From: Octopus bimaculoides
Taxonomy: Eukaryota
Length of the DNA stretch: 39,648 nt
Direction of reading: 5' to 3'
Assembly: GCF_001194135.2 (NCBI RefSeq)
Contig: NC_068990.1
Location: 41,293,415 to 41,333,062 of the forward strand
Shown here: positions 1 to 11,028 of the stretch, piece by piece
Numbering within the stretch: position 1 is the first letter of the stretch
Layout: each line of letters opens with the position of its first letter
Position numbers and translations under genes: made by a program
Notes under the pieces: model-generated
Databases searched by the model: none
What the model saw: the letters and a program-made list of their open reading frames with translations, nothing else
Told to the model about the DNA's origin: nothing

Positions 1-40
1 ATATATATATATATATATATATATACGCATACACACATAA

Positions 41-328
41 TCTTTTCTGCCTTCAGAAATTTTAGTCGAACTAATCGACCTCAATGCCTTTTGCCGAACT
101 GCTAAGTTACGGAGACGTAACACACGAACACCAGTTGTCAAGCGACAAGGGAAGACAATCACACACACACACACACACATACATATGGGATGGGCCTCTT
201 TCAGTTTCTGTCTACCACACCCACTTACAAGGCTTTGCTCGGCCCGAGGTTATCGTAGAAGACACTTGACCAATGTATCACACAATAGAATTGAACCTGA
301 AACCATATGGTTGGAAAGCAAACTTCTT
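41..328 (-). mobile_element. SINE family 1 (tRNA-headed, internal microsatellite), degenerate copy
   Basis: Reverse complement matches the body and tail of the intact copies at 18248, 29921 and 32982 (ttgtcaagcga, ctttcagtttctgtctacc, gaagacacttg). Confidence 0.8.
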
Positions 329-433
329 AAATTAATCAAGATGATCAGAAGTTTGGATTCAATACCGGATCATCCACATACAATAGTTCTTGTCAATAGC
401 TCTTTGAACCTGTAAAAATAAAAGCATTAATGA

Positions 434-652
434 AAGTAATCCCTCACCATATCGCGGACCAGCTATTGCGATTTATTAAAGCTTACGTTGATTCATGTGT
501 AGTGTTGTTTTGCATTTATAATAAAATATATATATACAAATTATAAAAGTAATAAAAAAGAAATACAGTACAGTGCTGTTTCTACTTCGCGGATTTTCAC
601 CTATCACGGAAGGTCTTGGAACGTAACACCGGTGATAGTCGAGGGATTACTG
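434..652. mobile_element. Tigger/pogo-like MITE
   Basis: Inverted ends gtaatccctc (436-445) and gagggattactg+TA (641-654); CAGT-type terminus; short AT-rich non-coding interior. Confidence 0.6.
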
Positions 653-924
653 TAATCAATGAATTGGTGAATAACTGTTATCAAAACATTAAACCATGGA
701 ATATCGAGTCAAATCAAAGTACGTTTTTTGTTATAGTTAGGGGAGCGAACGTAATGTCCATTGGTGGTCTCCGACAAAGGTGGGAGGGAGAGAGAATTTA
801 TCATCAAACCTAAGACATGGCCCGAATGATAGTAACAGAATGGAGTGTACTAAAGACACCTGACGGTCAGATGACGCTTTTAAACCGGTTGACCGATTAA
901 GTTGATGACACTGAAAACAACACT

Positions 925-1090
925 AATTCTTACGATGGTCTTCCACACAGATTTCATTCGGTGTTGGTCAACCCCATGCAAAGAGAGAAAACACTTGCTC
1001 AATGTGCCGCGCAGTGAGGTTTGAAAGAGTAGCTATGCAGGAGTTGTGAAGCAAATTTCTCAAAAATACAGCTCTGCCTGCGGCCATGTA
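925..1090 (-). mobile_element. SINE family 1, highly degenerate 5' part
   Basis: aaacacttgctcaatgtgccgcgcagtg...cagctctgcctgcggcc resembles the reverse-complemented head. Confidence 0.5.
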
Positions 1091-1525
1091 CGAGTTTGGA
1101 CCATATAAGAGATTGAACGAAGTGAAAATTTTCTTTCTTAAGCCCTAATTACACTTCTTGTTAATTCGATAGCATATCTCATTTATCGAATCACTTAACA
1201 ATCGATGTGTCACATGACATGACATTTCAGTAAATATTACATTGCTCATAAATTTTCGCTGACAAAATTATATACTTCCTGCACATAATTCAGAAGTACT
1301 ATACTTGGGGTAATGAACCGGAAGTAATGCACCGGAAGTGATTATTCACGAAGACATAACATTCTAATGTACTACAAATCTAATTCTTCTGAACAAGTCC
1401 TTCTTTAACTATAAAGTGGTTTCAAACTCGTTTAAAAAATTGAAAGTAAAGAAAAACGAATACATAAAAAAAATAAGCGATGTACATACGAACATACAGG
1501 CATATGTATACATGTGTGTACCTGC

Positions 1526-1527
<2 letters not shown>

Positions 1528-1592
<65 letters not shown>

Positions 1593-1677
1593 TATATATA
1601 TATGCACACATATATACTCACATATTTAAATATGTGTTCACGTGTGCACAAAGTGTCGACGCACTTTTGTGCTAAAC

Positions 1678-1705
<28 letters not shown>
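1528..1705. repeat. (TA)n and (TG)n microsatellites
   Basis: Direct reading. Confidence 0.95.
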
Positions 1706-1710
<5 letters not shown>

Positions 1711-2356
1711 CGTGCATGCGTTCGCATCCAATTGTCAGTGCATGTGCGAATGATTTTCGATCGTGTCTAAACGTTTGCGAAATGTATGCATGAGTGCCGA
1801 GGACTTTTGTTAACATGCATTATACATGCACATACATACCAAATATATGCATGTGTCTGTGCGTGTGTGACTGTGCGTATATATATATATATATAGCTGA
1901 ATATGTAGAGTGCTGTGTGTTCGTGTGCACTAATTTCATTAATAACTAGTTACACACAATCGAGATGTCTCCCTCAATTTAGAAATCTATTGCTTTAGAC
2001 TTCATTCGCTCTTAAAAACAAAAACAAAATCTGTCAAAGTCATACGGTTAAACACTACATTTCACAAAGATATCCTTAGTTTTATCTTTCGTCCAATTTT
2101 TTTTTTTTTTTTTTTGCAGTTGCTTGTGTTCCTACCAATTATCTTTGTCTGTTTCGTAAGCCAACCGGTGGTTCCAAGAATCGAACGTCAACCTATTTCA
2201 TGAACGCAATTTATAACAGAATAACCAAGCATGACATGGTTTAAGAATGATGTAGTTGAGGGCCAATTCAAAGCTTCGACAAAATTTAATGTTTCAGTTT
2301 TGACAAGCTTAAGTCTTCCTTGTCAATTTGCAAACTTGGTGTTTTAATATTTTTAC

Positions 2357-2357
2357 G

Positions 2358-2400
<43 letters not shown>

Positions 2401-2488
2401 TATTATTATTATTATTATTATTATTTTTGTTGTTGTTGTTGTTGTTGTTATTGTTATTATTATCATTATTATTATTATTGTCATCATT
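2357..2488. repeat. (TTA)n/(TTG)n compound microsatellite
   Basis: Direct reading; the distal part recurs at 3648-3727. Confidence 0.95.
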
Positions 2489-3647
2489 NNNNNNNNNNNN
2501 NNNNNNNNNNNNNNNNNNNNNNNNNNNNNNNNNNNNNNNNNNNNNNNNNNNNNNNNNNNNNNNNNNNNNNNNNNNNNNNNNNNNNNNNNNNNNNNNNNNN
2601 NNNNNNNNNNNNNNNNNNNNNNNNNNNNNNNNNNNNNNNNNNNNNNNNNNNNNNNNNNNNNNNNNNNNNNNNNNNNNNNNNNNNNNNNNNNNNNNNNNNN
2701 NNNNNNNNNNNNNNNNNNNNNNNNNNNNNNNNNNNNNNNNNNNNNNNNNNNNNNNNNNNNNNNNNNNNNNNNNNNNNNNNNNNNNNNNNNNNNNNNNNNN
2801 NNNNNNNNNNNNNNNNNNNNNNNNNNNNNNNNNNNNNNNNNNNNNNNNNNNNNNNNNNNNNNNNNNNNNNNNNNNNNNNNNNNNNNNNNNNNNNNNNNNN
2901 NNNNNNNNNNNNNNNNNNNNNNNNNNNNNNNNNNNNNNNNNNNNNNNNNNNNNNNNNNNNNNNNNNNNNNNNNNNNNNNNNNNNNNNNNNNNNNNNNNNN
3001 NNNNNNNNNNNNNNNNNNNNNNNNNNNNNNNNNNNNNNNNNNNNNNNNNNNNNNNNNNNNNNNNNNNNNNNAAAATTAGAATCAGAATCATTCCTTTTTC
3101 CTTCTTATTCTTATATGGACGCCCAACTCAATTTGATAAATTCGTACAAGCAAAAACTTACAATTTTAGCATACATGCACATATAAAAACATTTAATAAA
3201 CTCTCACATACACATACATACACGTTTGGAATCACATGCATTAAAACTTTTTTTTTTCTCACCATAAACTTCTCCCAGCCCACATCACAACTCCTTAAAT
3301 ATTTCGTCAGCCCAAACCTCAAACCTCGTACTCCACACGAATATTGACAAACTTCAGCGAACTCTCCACTTTGCTGGCTGCGATATGAAGAGGGGAAATT
3401 ACATCAGCCATGCTGAATCTACAGAAGCAAAATGGCGCCCAACTGAAAATTTAATCAAATTGACAATTTCCCCTTTTGTTGACATTTTATGCATGTAGTC
3501 ACAGATTACTCTGGCTGGTTGTCAGTTTCTCTGATAGAAAAATTAAACAAGTAAACACATCACTGCTGAAGAACGAAAAACAATTTCGTCTTTCTTTTTC
3601 TTTCTTTAAAATTTTATCGTTACCATATATATATATANNNNNNNNNN

Positions 3648-3812
3648 TTATTATTATTATTATTTTTGTTGTTGTTGTTGTTGTTGTTATTGTTATTATT
3701 ATCATTATTATTATTATTGTCATCATTATCATCATCGCCATTATTATTGTTATTGTTGTTGTTTCTGCCGCTGCTGTTGTTGTTTTTGTCGATGTTGATG
3801 TTATGGCGGCTG
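3648..3812. repeat. (TTA)n/(TTG)n/(TCA)n compound microsatellite
   Basis: Direct reading. Confidence 0.95.
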
Positions 3813-4053
3813 TTATACACCCTCATTTCATTTAAAAAAAAAAAAAATTTTTTAGAGTTCTTTAAACAGCTTTCGGTATTTTTGATGTGTTTGGGTGTAT
3901 CTATGTGTATGGATGTGTATGTGTGTGTGTATGTTTGTGTGGGGGTTTGTTTCGATGCATGTGTTTTGTATTTCGATGTAAATAAACAGTTATTAACAAT
4001 GAAATCATCAATAGAAGAATGTTTATGCTAGTTTGTATTGTCTATGTTAGAAG

Positions 4054-4092
<39 letters not shown>

Positions 4093-4225
4093 AGTAATAC
4101 ACATACACAGAAACACGTATAGATATATAGACACACACACAGAGGCACACACACACATACATATGTACATATGTATATATAATACATATGTGCATATATA
4201 TATTTATGTATATACATTTATACGT

Positions 4226-4262
<37 letters not shown>

Positions 4263-5404
4263 NNNNNNNNNNNNNNNNNNNNNNNNNNNNNNNNNNNNNN
4301 NNNNNNNNNNNNNNNNNNNNNNNNNNNNNNNNNNNNNNNNNNNNNNNNNNNNNNNNNNNNNNNNNNNNNNNNNNNNNNNNNNNNNNNNNNNNNNNNNNNN
4401 NNNNNNNNNNNNNNNNNNNNNNNNNNNNNNNNNNNNNNNNNNNNNNNNNNNNNNNNNNNNNNNNNNNNNNNNNNNNNNNNNNNNNNNNNNNNNNNNNNNN
4501 NNNNNNNNNNNNNNNNNNNNNNNNNNNNNNNNNNNNNNNNNNNNNNNNNNNNNNNNNNNNNNNNNNNNNNNNNNNNNNNNNNNNNNNNNNNNNNNNNNNN
4601 NNNNNNNNNNNNNNNNNNNNNNNNNNNNNNNNNNNNNNNNNNNNNNNNNNNNNNNNNNNNNNNNNNNNNNNNNNNNNNNNNNNNNNNNNNNNNNNNNNNN
4701 NNNNNNNNNNNNNNNNNNNNNNNNNNNNNNNNNNNNNNNNNNNNNNNNNNNNNNNNNNNNNNNNNNNNNNNNNNNNNNNNNNNNNNNNNNNNNNNNNNNN
4801 NNNNNNNNNNNNNNNNNNNNNNNNNNNNNNNNNNNNNNNNNNNNNNNNNNNNNNNNNNNNNNNNNNNNNNNNNNNNNNNNNNNNNNNNNNNNNNNNNNNN
4901 NNNNNNNNNNNNNNNNNNNNNNNNNNNNNNNNNNNNNNNNNNNNNNNNNNNNNNNNNNNNNNNNNNNNNNNNNNNNNNNNNNNNNNNNNNNNNNNNNNNN
5001 NNNNNNNNNNNNNNNNNNNNNNNNNNNNNNNNNNNNNNNNNNNNNNNNNNNNNNNNNNNNNNNNNNNNNNNNNNNNNNNNNNNNNNNNNNNNNNNNNNNN
5101 NNNNNACATACAGACATACATACATACATACACACAAATGTGTGTGTGTGTATGTAATTTCTCCACTGTTCCATTTTATTCATTTTTGATAGTCTTTTAT
5201 TTATTTTCGAAATTCACATATGGATGCGTCTGTACAGAAACAATATGCAACTCTAAACAGCAAAGTAAGGCAAAGTATTAAGTCTTTTACAACTCTAATT
5301 TGTACATATTTTCACTCTCCTATTGCTATTCAAACTGTTTGTTACTTTCTTTATTTGTTGAACGTATTATTTTCTGGGGTTTTTTTTTTTGTTATTTTGT
5401 TTAA

Positions 5405-5461
5405 TATTGCAGTTGCTGTTGTTCTTGCCATCGTCATCGTCGTTGTTGTTGTTGTTGTTGA

Positions 5462-5519
<58 letters not shown>

Positions 5520-5520
5520 T
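5405..5520. repeat. (GTT)n/(ATT)n microsatellite
   Basis: Direct reading. Confidence 0.95.
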
Positions 5521-5764
5521 GCTTTTGATTTTCAGAGTTTCATTTATTTCTTTATATGTTCATTCATTTTCATTTATTCTTTGTTTTCGCTTGTAGTAGC
5601 TGTTGCGATTGTTTATAAGTACGGTGCTTACATATTATACTTCCAGATCAGTAGATAATGAACGAACTATACACACTCCTACATACTTACTTGCATATAT
5701 ATGACTACAACGCGCCTGTACATCTCCATACCATGCCACATATCTCTCATCCGCTCTTTCTAGC

Positions 5765-5809
5765 TCTCTTTCTCTCTCTCTCCATATATATATATATATA
5801 TATATATAC

Positions 5810-5883
<74 letters not shown>
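5765..5883. repeat. (CT)n-(TA)n-(GA)n microsatellite
   Basis: Direct reading. Confidence 0.95.
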
Positions 5884-5888
<5 letters not shown>

Positions 5889-6354
5889 GAGAATTATACA
5901 AAGCATGTATGTATGCAAATGCTTACATCTACACAAAATTCATATAAATTTCAATGTGATGCATAAAAACATATTTGCGCACATACCTACATCATCAACT
6001 GCAAATATACATAAATGCATATACATATACATATACATACACACATACGCATACACACATACACATGCATACACACACACGCATATATATGTATGTATGT
6101 ATTTATGTAGGTATGTATGTATGTATGTATGTATATTTTGCAGGCTTATTTTTCGGTTAAAATAAAGTTCTAAACCGCCACTCACAGGGGAATAAATATT
6201 GAAAACGTATTTTGAATTACACGAAAAGCAAATTGACTATAAAGTGGTGTCCTTTCTTTAAAATTAATAAGATTTCAATAGATAGATTCATTTGTATTTC
6301 AACAGGTAAATAATGGCTGAACACTGGTTGTCAGGACAACACGAAAGACAAATC

Positions 6355-6430
6355 AATACGGTGGTTGCTCAACCGACTAAATATAACAGCTAAATCACAT
6401 TTTACCTTCTATGAAATATAAAAAGATACA
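6355..6430 (+). repeat. Unclassified dispersed repeat family D, fragment
   Basis: ggttgctcaaccgactaaatatacagctaaatcac resembles 26147-26190 and the reverse complement of 19960-20010. Confidence 0.45.
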
Positions 6431-6799
6431 CTGTTTAATATAATTTTTGGTATACTGTGTATGGCTACGGTGCAAGCAGGTTATGTCTAGGAATTCTTTG
6501 ATGAGAAGTCTACTGGATGAAAACAATCATGGAGTCAAACAACAACAACACCACCAACAGCAAAAATAGCAAGGCCGTATCTTTTGCCTTGACAAAATGT
6601 TTCGCGGTTGGATAGTGCAGAAATTAGTTGATTGATTGAGTGAAGCACATCTCCATTTCTGAAACCTAACACATAATATATACGTTAAGGCATATTATTT
6701 ATGTTAAGACATATCATATATGTGTCATCTCAAATATGGTAGATTGTTAGAATCGTCAGAGCATTGGAGAAAGGACTTTATTGTATGTTGTTATACCTT

Positions 6800-6892
6800 T
6801 ATATCTTCTGCGTATCAAGACCCCCGGACGAAACGCTGATCCGTCTTAGGATTACATTTTTACCAAATGATTGGATTGGAGCAACGTGAAAA
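6800..6892 (-). mobile_element. SINE family 2 (CORE-like) internal fragment
   Basis: Reverse complement tttcacgttgctccaatccaatcatttggtaaaaatgtaatcc...cgtccgggg aligns with about 21646-21720 of the intact copy. Confidence 0.65.
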
Positions 6893-6898
6893 AAAAAA

Positions 6899-7124
6899 CA
6901 TACACACACATATACATACACATATATACATATATACGACGGGCTTCTTTCAGTTTCCGTCTACCAAATCCACTCACAAGGCTTTGGTCGGCCCGANNNN
7001 NNNNNNACGACGGGCTTCTTTCAGTTTCCGTCTACCAAATCCACTCACAAGGCTTTGGTCGGCCCGAGGCTATAGTAGAAGACACTTGCCCAAGTTGCCA
7101 CGCAGTAAGAATGAACCCGGAAAC
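6899..7124 (-). mobile_element. SINE family 1, 5' half (10-N gap with duplicated overlap)
   Basis: acgacgggcttctttcagtttccgtctacc...gacacttgcccaag matches the other copies. Confidence 0.92.
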
Positions 7125-7129
7125 AGGTC

Positions 7130-7445
7130 ATAAAACTGCGAAGCGGAGTAGAAGAGAGATGAAAACATCTAGCCAACACAGATCATGCAACTGTAGCATT
7201 CGTGAAAACTGTACTAGACGGTAACTGTAAAGATATATCGATAGTATATAGTGCAAAGTTTGAATCAAACAACAGTGATCAACGTAAAGATATACTGGGC
7301 AATGGAACCGTTATTACAAGCATAAACATTCATTTATCAGCCCTGACAAGAATTGTGTTACGGCTTTGTCGAAGTTTATATGGTTCTTGTTTATGACGTT
7401 TATAATGATATTGTCACTAGAACCAGAAATGAAATAAAAAGTGTG
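7130..7445 (+). mobile_element. Penelope-like element relic, linker plus GIY-YIG endonuclease (probably Naiad clade)
   Basis: Frameshifted translation SCNCSIRENC(P)LDGNCKDISIVYSAK...ILG...TALSKFIWFL...EPEMK*KV matches the PLE pattern CxCx5CPLxGxC-x4-VYxA...LSKYIW-L. Confidence 0.75.
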
Positions 7446-7715
7446 AGCTTGAAGCAGCTGCTTTCGCACAAAGATTTTTACAAAGAATTTTACAAAAGTA
7501 TACAGTAGTAAGAGTTTTCTTCAAACTTTTATTTCATATTTACAACAAATATCCAGACTGTGGATATTCAAAAGACAACCAGGCTCGGTTTACCGGGTGA
7601 TAATCGGAAAGTAGCATCGCTGAGTACTGGAAATCGGAGCCTTTCAGTTATAATGTATTAATGAATGCTCTACATTTGTATTGAGTCCTCTAATTTATCG
7701 CTTCTAGTGAATCAG

Positions 7716-7960
7716 TAGGCGTAGGAGTGGCTGTGTGGTAAGTAGTTTGCAACCACGTGGTTCCGGGTTCAGTTTCACTGCGTGGCACCTTGGGCAAGTG
7801 TCTTCTACTATAGCTTCGGGTCGGCCAAAGTCTTGTGAGAGAATTTGGTACGCGGAAACTGAAAGAAGCCCGTCGAATATNNNNNNNNNNACTATAGCTT
7901 CGGGTCGGCCAAAGTCTTGTGAGAGAATTTGGTACGCGGAAACTGAAAGAAGCCCGTCGA

Positions 7961-8001
<41 letters not shown>

Positions 8002-8222
8002 TTTGTGTGTGTGTACGTGTGTCTGTGTTTGTCCCCCACCATCGCTTGACAACAGATGTTGGTGTGTTTACGTCCCCGTACTTTAGTGGTTCGGCAAAAG
8101 GGACTGAGAGAATAAGTACCAGGCTTACAAAGAATAAGTCCTGGGGACGATTTGCTCGACTAAAAGTGGTGCTTCAGCATGGCCACAGTCAAATGACTGA
8201 AACATATAAAAGGAAAAAAAGG
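7716..8222 (+). mobile_element. SINE family 1, near full length (10-N gap with duplicated overlap)
   Basis: Head ggcgtaggagtggctgtgtggtaag with A-box-like and B-box-like (ggttcagtttc) motifs; (TG)n core; tail gactgaaac. Confidence 0.95.
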
Positions 8223-8305
8223 AATATATACATATATATATATATATAAAGCTTTACTTTTACATAACACTATGGAAGACGGTAGGGATTATAATTTTTT
8301 ATGTT

Positions 8306-8856
8306 GGCGCAGGAGTGGCTGTGTGGTAAGAAGCTNNNNNNNNNNNNNNNNNNNNNNNNNNNNNNNNNNNNNNNNNNNNNNNNNNNNNNNNNNNNNNNNN
8401 NNNNNNNNNNNNNNNNNNNNNNNNNNNNNNNNNNNNNNNNNNNNNNNNNNNNNNNNNNNNNNNNNNNNNNNNNNNNNNNNNNNNNNNNNNNNNNNNNNNN
8501 NNNNNNNNNNNNNNNNNNNNNNNNNNNNNNNNNNNNNNNNNNNNNNNNNNNNNNNNNNNNNNNNNNNNNNNNNNNNNNNNNNNNNNNNNNNNNNNNNNNN
8601 NNNNNNNNNNNNNNNNNNTGTGTGTGTGTGTGTGTGTGTTTGTTTGTGTGTGTGTACGTGTGTCTGTGTTTGTCCCCCCCCCCAGCATCGCTTGACAACC
8701 GACGCTGGTGTGTTTACGTCCCCTAAACTATGTTGGGCTTAAGAGACCGATAGAATAAGTACTAGGCTTACAAAAAATAAGTCATGGGTCGCTTGCTCGA
8801 CTAAAGGCAGTGCTCCAGCATGGCTACGGTCAAATGACTGAAGCAAATAAAAGAGT
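8306..8856 (+). mobile_element. SINE family 1, interrupted by an assembly gap
   Basis: Head at 8306, tail caaatgactgaagcaaataaaagagt. Confidence 0.9.
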
Positions 8857-9709
8857 ATGTATGAGTATGCTTATGTATGTGTGTGTTTGGAGTGTAAAAT
8901 ATCTTAGGATTTTTATCCATATCTATCAGAATTATATTCCATGATTTACATACATGCGCGCGCGCAACCTCATGCAAGTGCATACCTTACTTCACACGTC
9001 CGTAAACTCCAAAAGCCGTCCTGACTCAAACAAAACAAATGCTTAAATAAATTCCAAAATTTATACATACATACACACATACATACATACATACATACAT
9101 ACATACATACATACATACCTTCATGCATTGTTCTGCGTACGTACATGCAACCATGCATGCGTACTTACGTACGTACAAATGTATATGCACACACATACAC
9201 ACAAACACAAACACACCCTAACACACATGCTGCGCTTCGTAAAGTTTTACTAAAATCACTGGTCAGTCAATTTGAAAGATAATAACAATGGAACTTAATG
9301 GTGGAAGAGTAATATAAAAAAGTGGCGGTGATGGTGGTGGTGGAAGTTTGTGGGAAGAGGATCCAACATGACAATGGATGATGGTGGGGGAGGTAATGTC
9401 TAGTGAAGGTGATGTATGTGTCGGCGTAGTGACAGAGGCGCCGTTGTGTGTTACTGGGGATTGAGGTGGGAGTAGAGGTGTCAGTAAGGAAATGGAAATA
9501 TATGGTAGGTGAGTAGGGTGAGAAGGGAAAACGAGAGGGGTAAGAAGTATGAGTTTTTACAAAGGTTTCTCTTGGAACCAGAACCAAGCTTTTGACCTAC
9601 ATTCCAATCTCGTGGTTTTTTTTAAAGTTTAAATTCTGTGTGTATGTATGTGTCTAAAAGTGTGTATCTGTACTATGTATCCTGTATGTATATTTACATA
9701 TAAAATGTA

Positions 9710-9740
<31 letters not shown>

Positions 9741-10339
9741 TTATTTATACAAGTCTATGTATACTTGTGTGTGTGCATATGTGCATGCATGTGTGCTTAT
9801 GTGTTGACTGGTTATTGACGTTGAGGTCGCCAGGCGGGCCACTTTTCAGAAAAGTGCTATAACACAGAATTGATGCATTTATTTGGAGAAGAGCTCGTCC
9901 GTTTCAATTAGTAATTGAAACGGTCGAGAACACTCCCTATAGTTTCACTCCAAATAAATATACATGTGTGTATAAACCTAATGAATAATACTACTACAAT
10001 ATTATGTAGCCTTTATTTCTTTGTATTCGTTCAAAAAATACGTTTTTCTCGCACCATGTCTCAAATATATTAAAACTAGTCGATTTCATTTCTTTATTTT
10101 CCTATTTTGCAAATTAATGTGTGTTTTCCAGTAAAAGTTGCCTACATTGGCGACAGCGAGTTAAAAGTCTTTGATCTTATAAATCTTTCATGGCTACAAA
10201 ACAAAATACGGTGTCCCTCCTAGCAATTAATACGTATGTACCAGCTGCCATGTATGTGTTTGATATGCAAATTGGTCTACCGAATTGTGTTACACAGCTA
10301 AGGTTTGTGGCTATTAAAGCCATGTATTCGTGGATAGTT

Positions 10340-10411
10340 AATGGGTTGGATGTGGTGCTGAAGAAGGAGCAATAGCTTCTGAAATAAGCATATACACCCG
10401 TTTTACCTATT
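10340..10411 (+). ncRNA. Type I hammerhead ribozyme candidate (intact core)
   Basis: Stem I GGUG(10354-57)/CACC(10395-98); CUGAAGA 10358-64; stem II AGGAGC/GCUUCU with AAUA loop; GAA 10381-83; stem III AUA/UAU with AGCA loop; AUA triplet ending at A10394; distal stem I AAUGGGU(10340-46)/ACCUAUU(10405-11). Confidence 0.75.
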
Positions 10412-10631
10412 GTTTTTTTTTTTCGATCACATTGACTCCATAGATATATTCGTATATCAAACATCATAACTTTCAGTGCTAGATCTAAATTCTATAGAGA
10501 ATCTGTAGTGTTAGCTTGAAAATGAAAACACCGCTAGCAAAAAAGTTGGACACAGTATTGACATATAAACTTTTAATATACTTGGCAGTATATTACGGTT
10601 GCAAGACGAATTACGGTGTTCCTACCAGCAG

Positions 10632-10666
<35 letters not shown>

Positions 10667-10671
<5 letters not shown>

Positions 10672-10895
10672 AATAATATATGAGTATATGCATATATATG
10701 TACATGTATGTTGGGTACATGACATTGCAAAAAAAAAAACATAGACAAAATGATAAACAATGTACAGAAAACACACAGGCCACACAGAGAACATTTGCTT
10801 GACAGCTGCCACCATTATAACACTGGCGTTTCGAAGAGTTAGGGCAGGACGCATCGTTACAATGGCTCTTCCCACGGACACAAATTAAATTTGTT
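10667..10895 (-). repeat. Unclassified dispersed repeat family E
   Basis: Homologous to 34164-34410 (gccacacagagaacatt...taacactggcgtttcga) and to 35118-35205 (atacaaataatatatgagtatat...tacatgtatg). Confidence 0.7.
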
Positions 10896-10908
10896 CAATG
10901 GAGGATAG

Positions 10909-10958
10909 TGTTGTTGTTGTTGTTGTTATCGCCATCGTCATCATCATCATCATCATCA

Positions 10959-11022
<64 letters not shown>

Positions 11023-11028
11023 TATTAT
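10909..11028. repeat. (GTT)n-(CAT)n-(TAT)n microsatellite
   Basis: Direct reading. Confidence 0.95.

Noticed and set aside
3433-3443. TGGCGCCCAAC resembles a tRNA-Lys primer-binding site and overlaps a YY1-like AAAATGGCG
   Set aside because: Only 11 nt; no LTR pair, TG...CA ends or gag/pol downstream.
3565-3596. CUGAAGA followed by the hairpin ACGAAA/UUUCGU
   Set aside because: No GAAA after the stem and no stem III or stem I.
2401-3727. Near-identical microsatellite block at about 2401-2488 and 3648-3727
   Set aside because: Both copies abut gaps; most likely a scaffolding duplication.
2309-5281. Long ORFs of 260-420 aa here and across the other large gaps
   Set aside because: They are N runs and microsatellite translations, not coding sequence.
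6820-6850. ggacGAAACgctgat looked like a hammerhead half
   Set aside because: Explained as the reverse complement of a SINE2 body fragment.
6936-7066. Apparent tandem duplications around 10-N gaps (also 7806-7965 and 21160-21250)
   Set aside because: Identical sequence on both sides of a fixed 10-N spacer indicates unmerged contig overlaps.
7186-7228. Possible selenocysteine recoding in the Naiad-type relic
   Set aside because: The conserved Cys positions are TGC/TGT; nearby TGA codons fall at non-Cys positions of a decayed frame.
7975-8665. Identical microsatellite flank in adjacent SINE1 copies, suggesting gene conversion
   Set aside because: The second copy starts at a gap edge, so chimeric assembly cannot be excluded.
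9267-9587. Purine/G-rich tract with a 106-aa minus-strand ORF
   Set aside because: Low complexity, no recognisable protein, and no regular four-G-run quadruplex pattern.
10190-10375. 61-aa ORF overlapping the hammerhead
   Set aside because: No homology recognised; length expected by chance.
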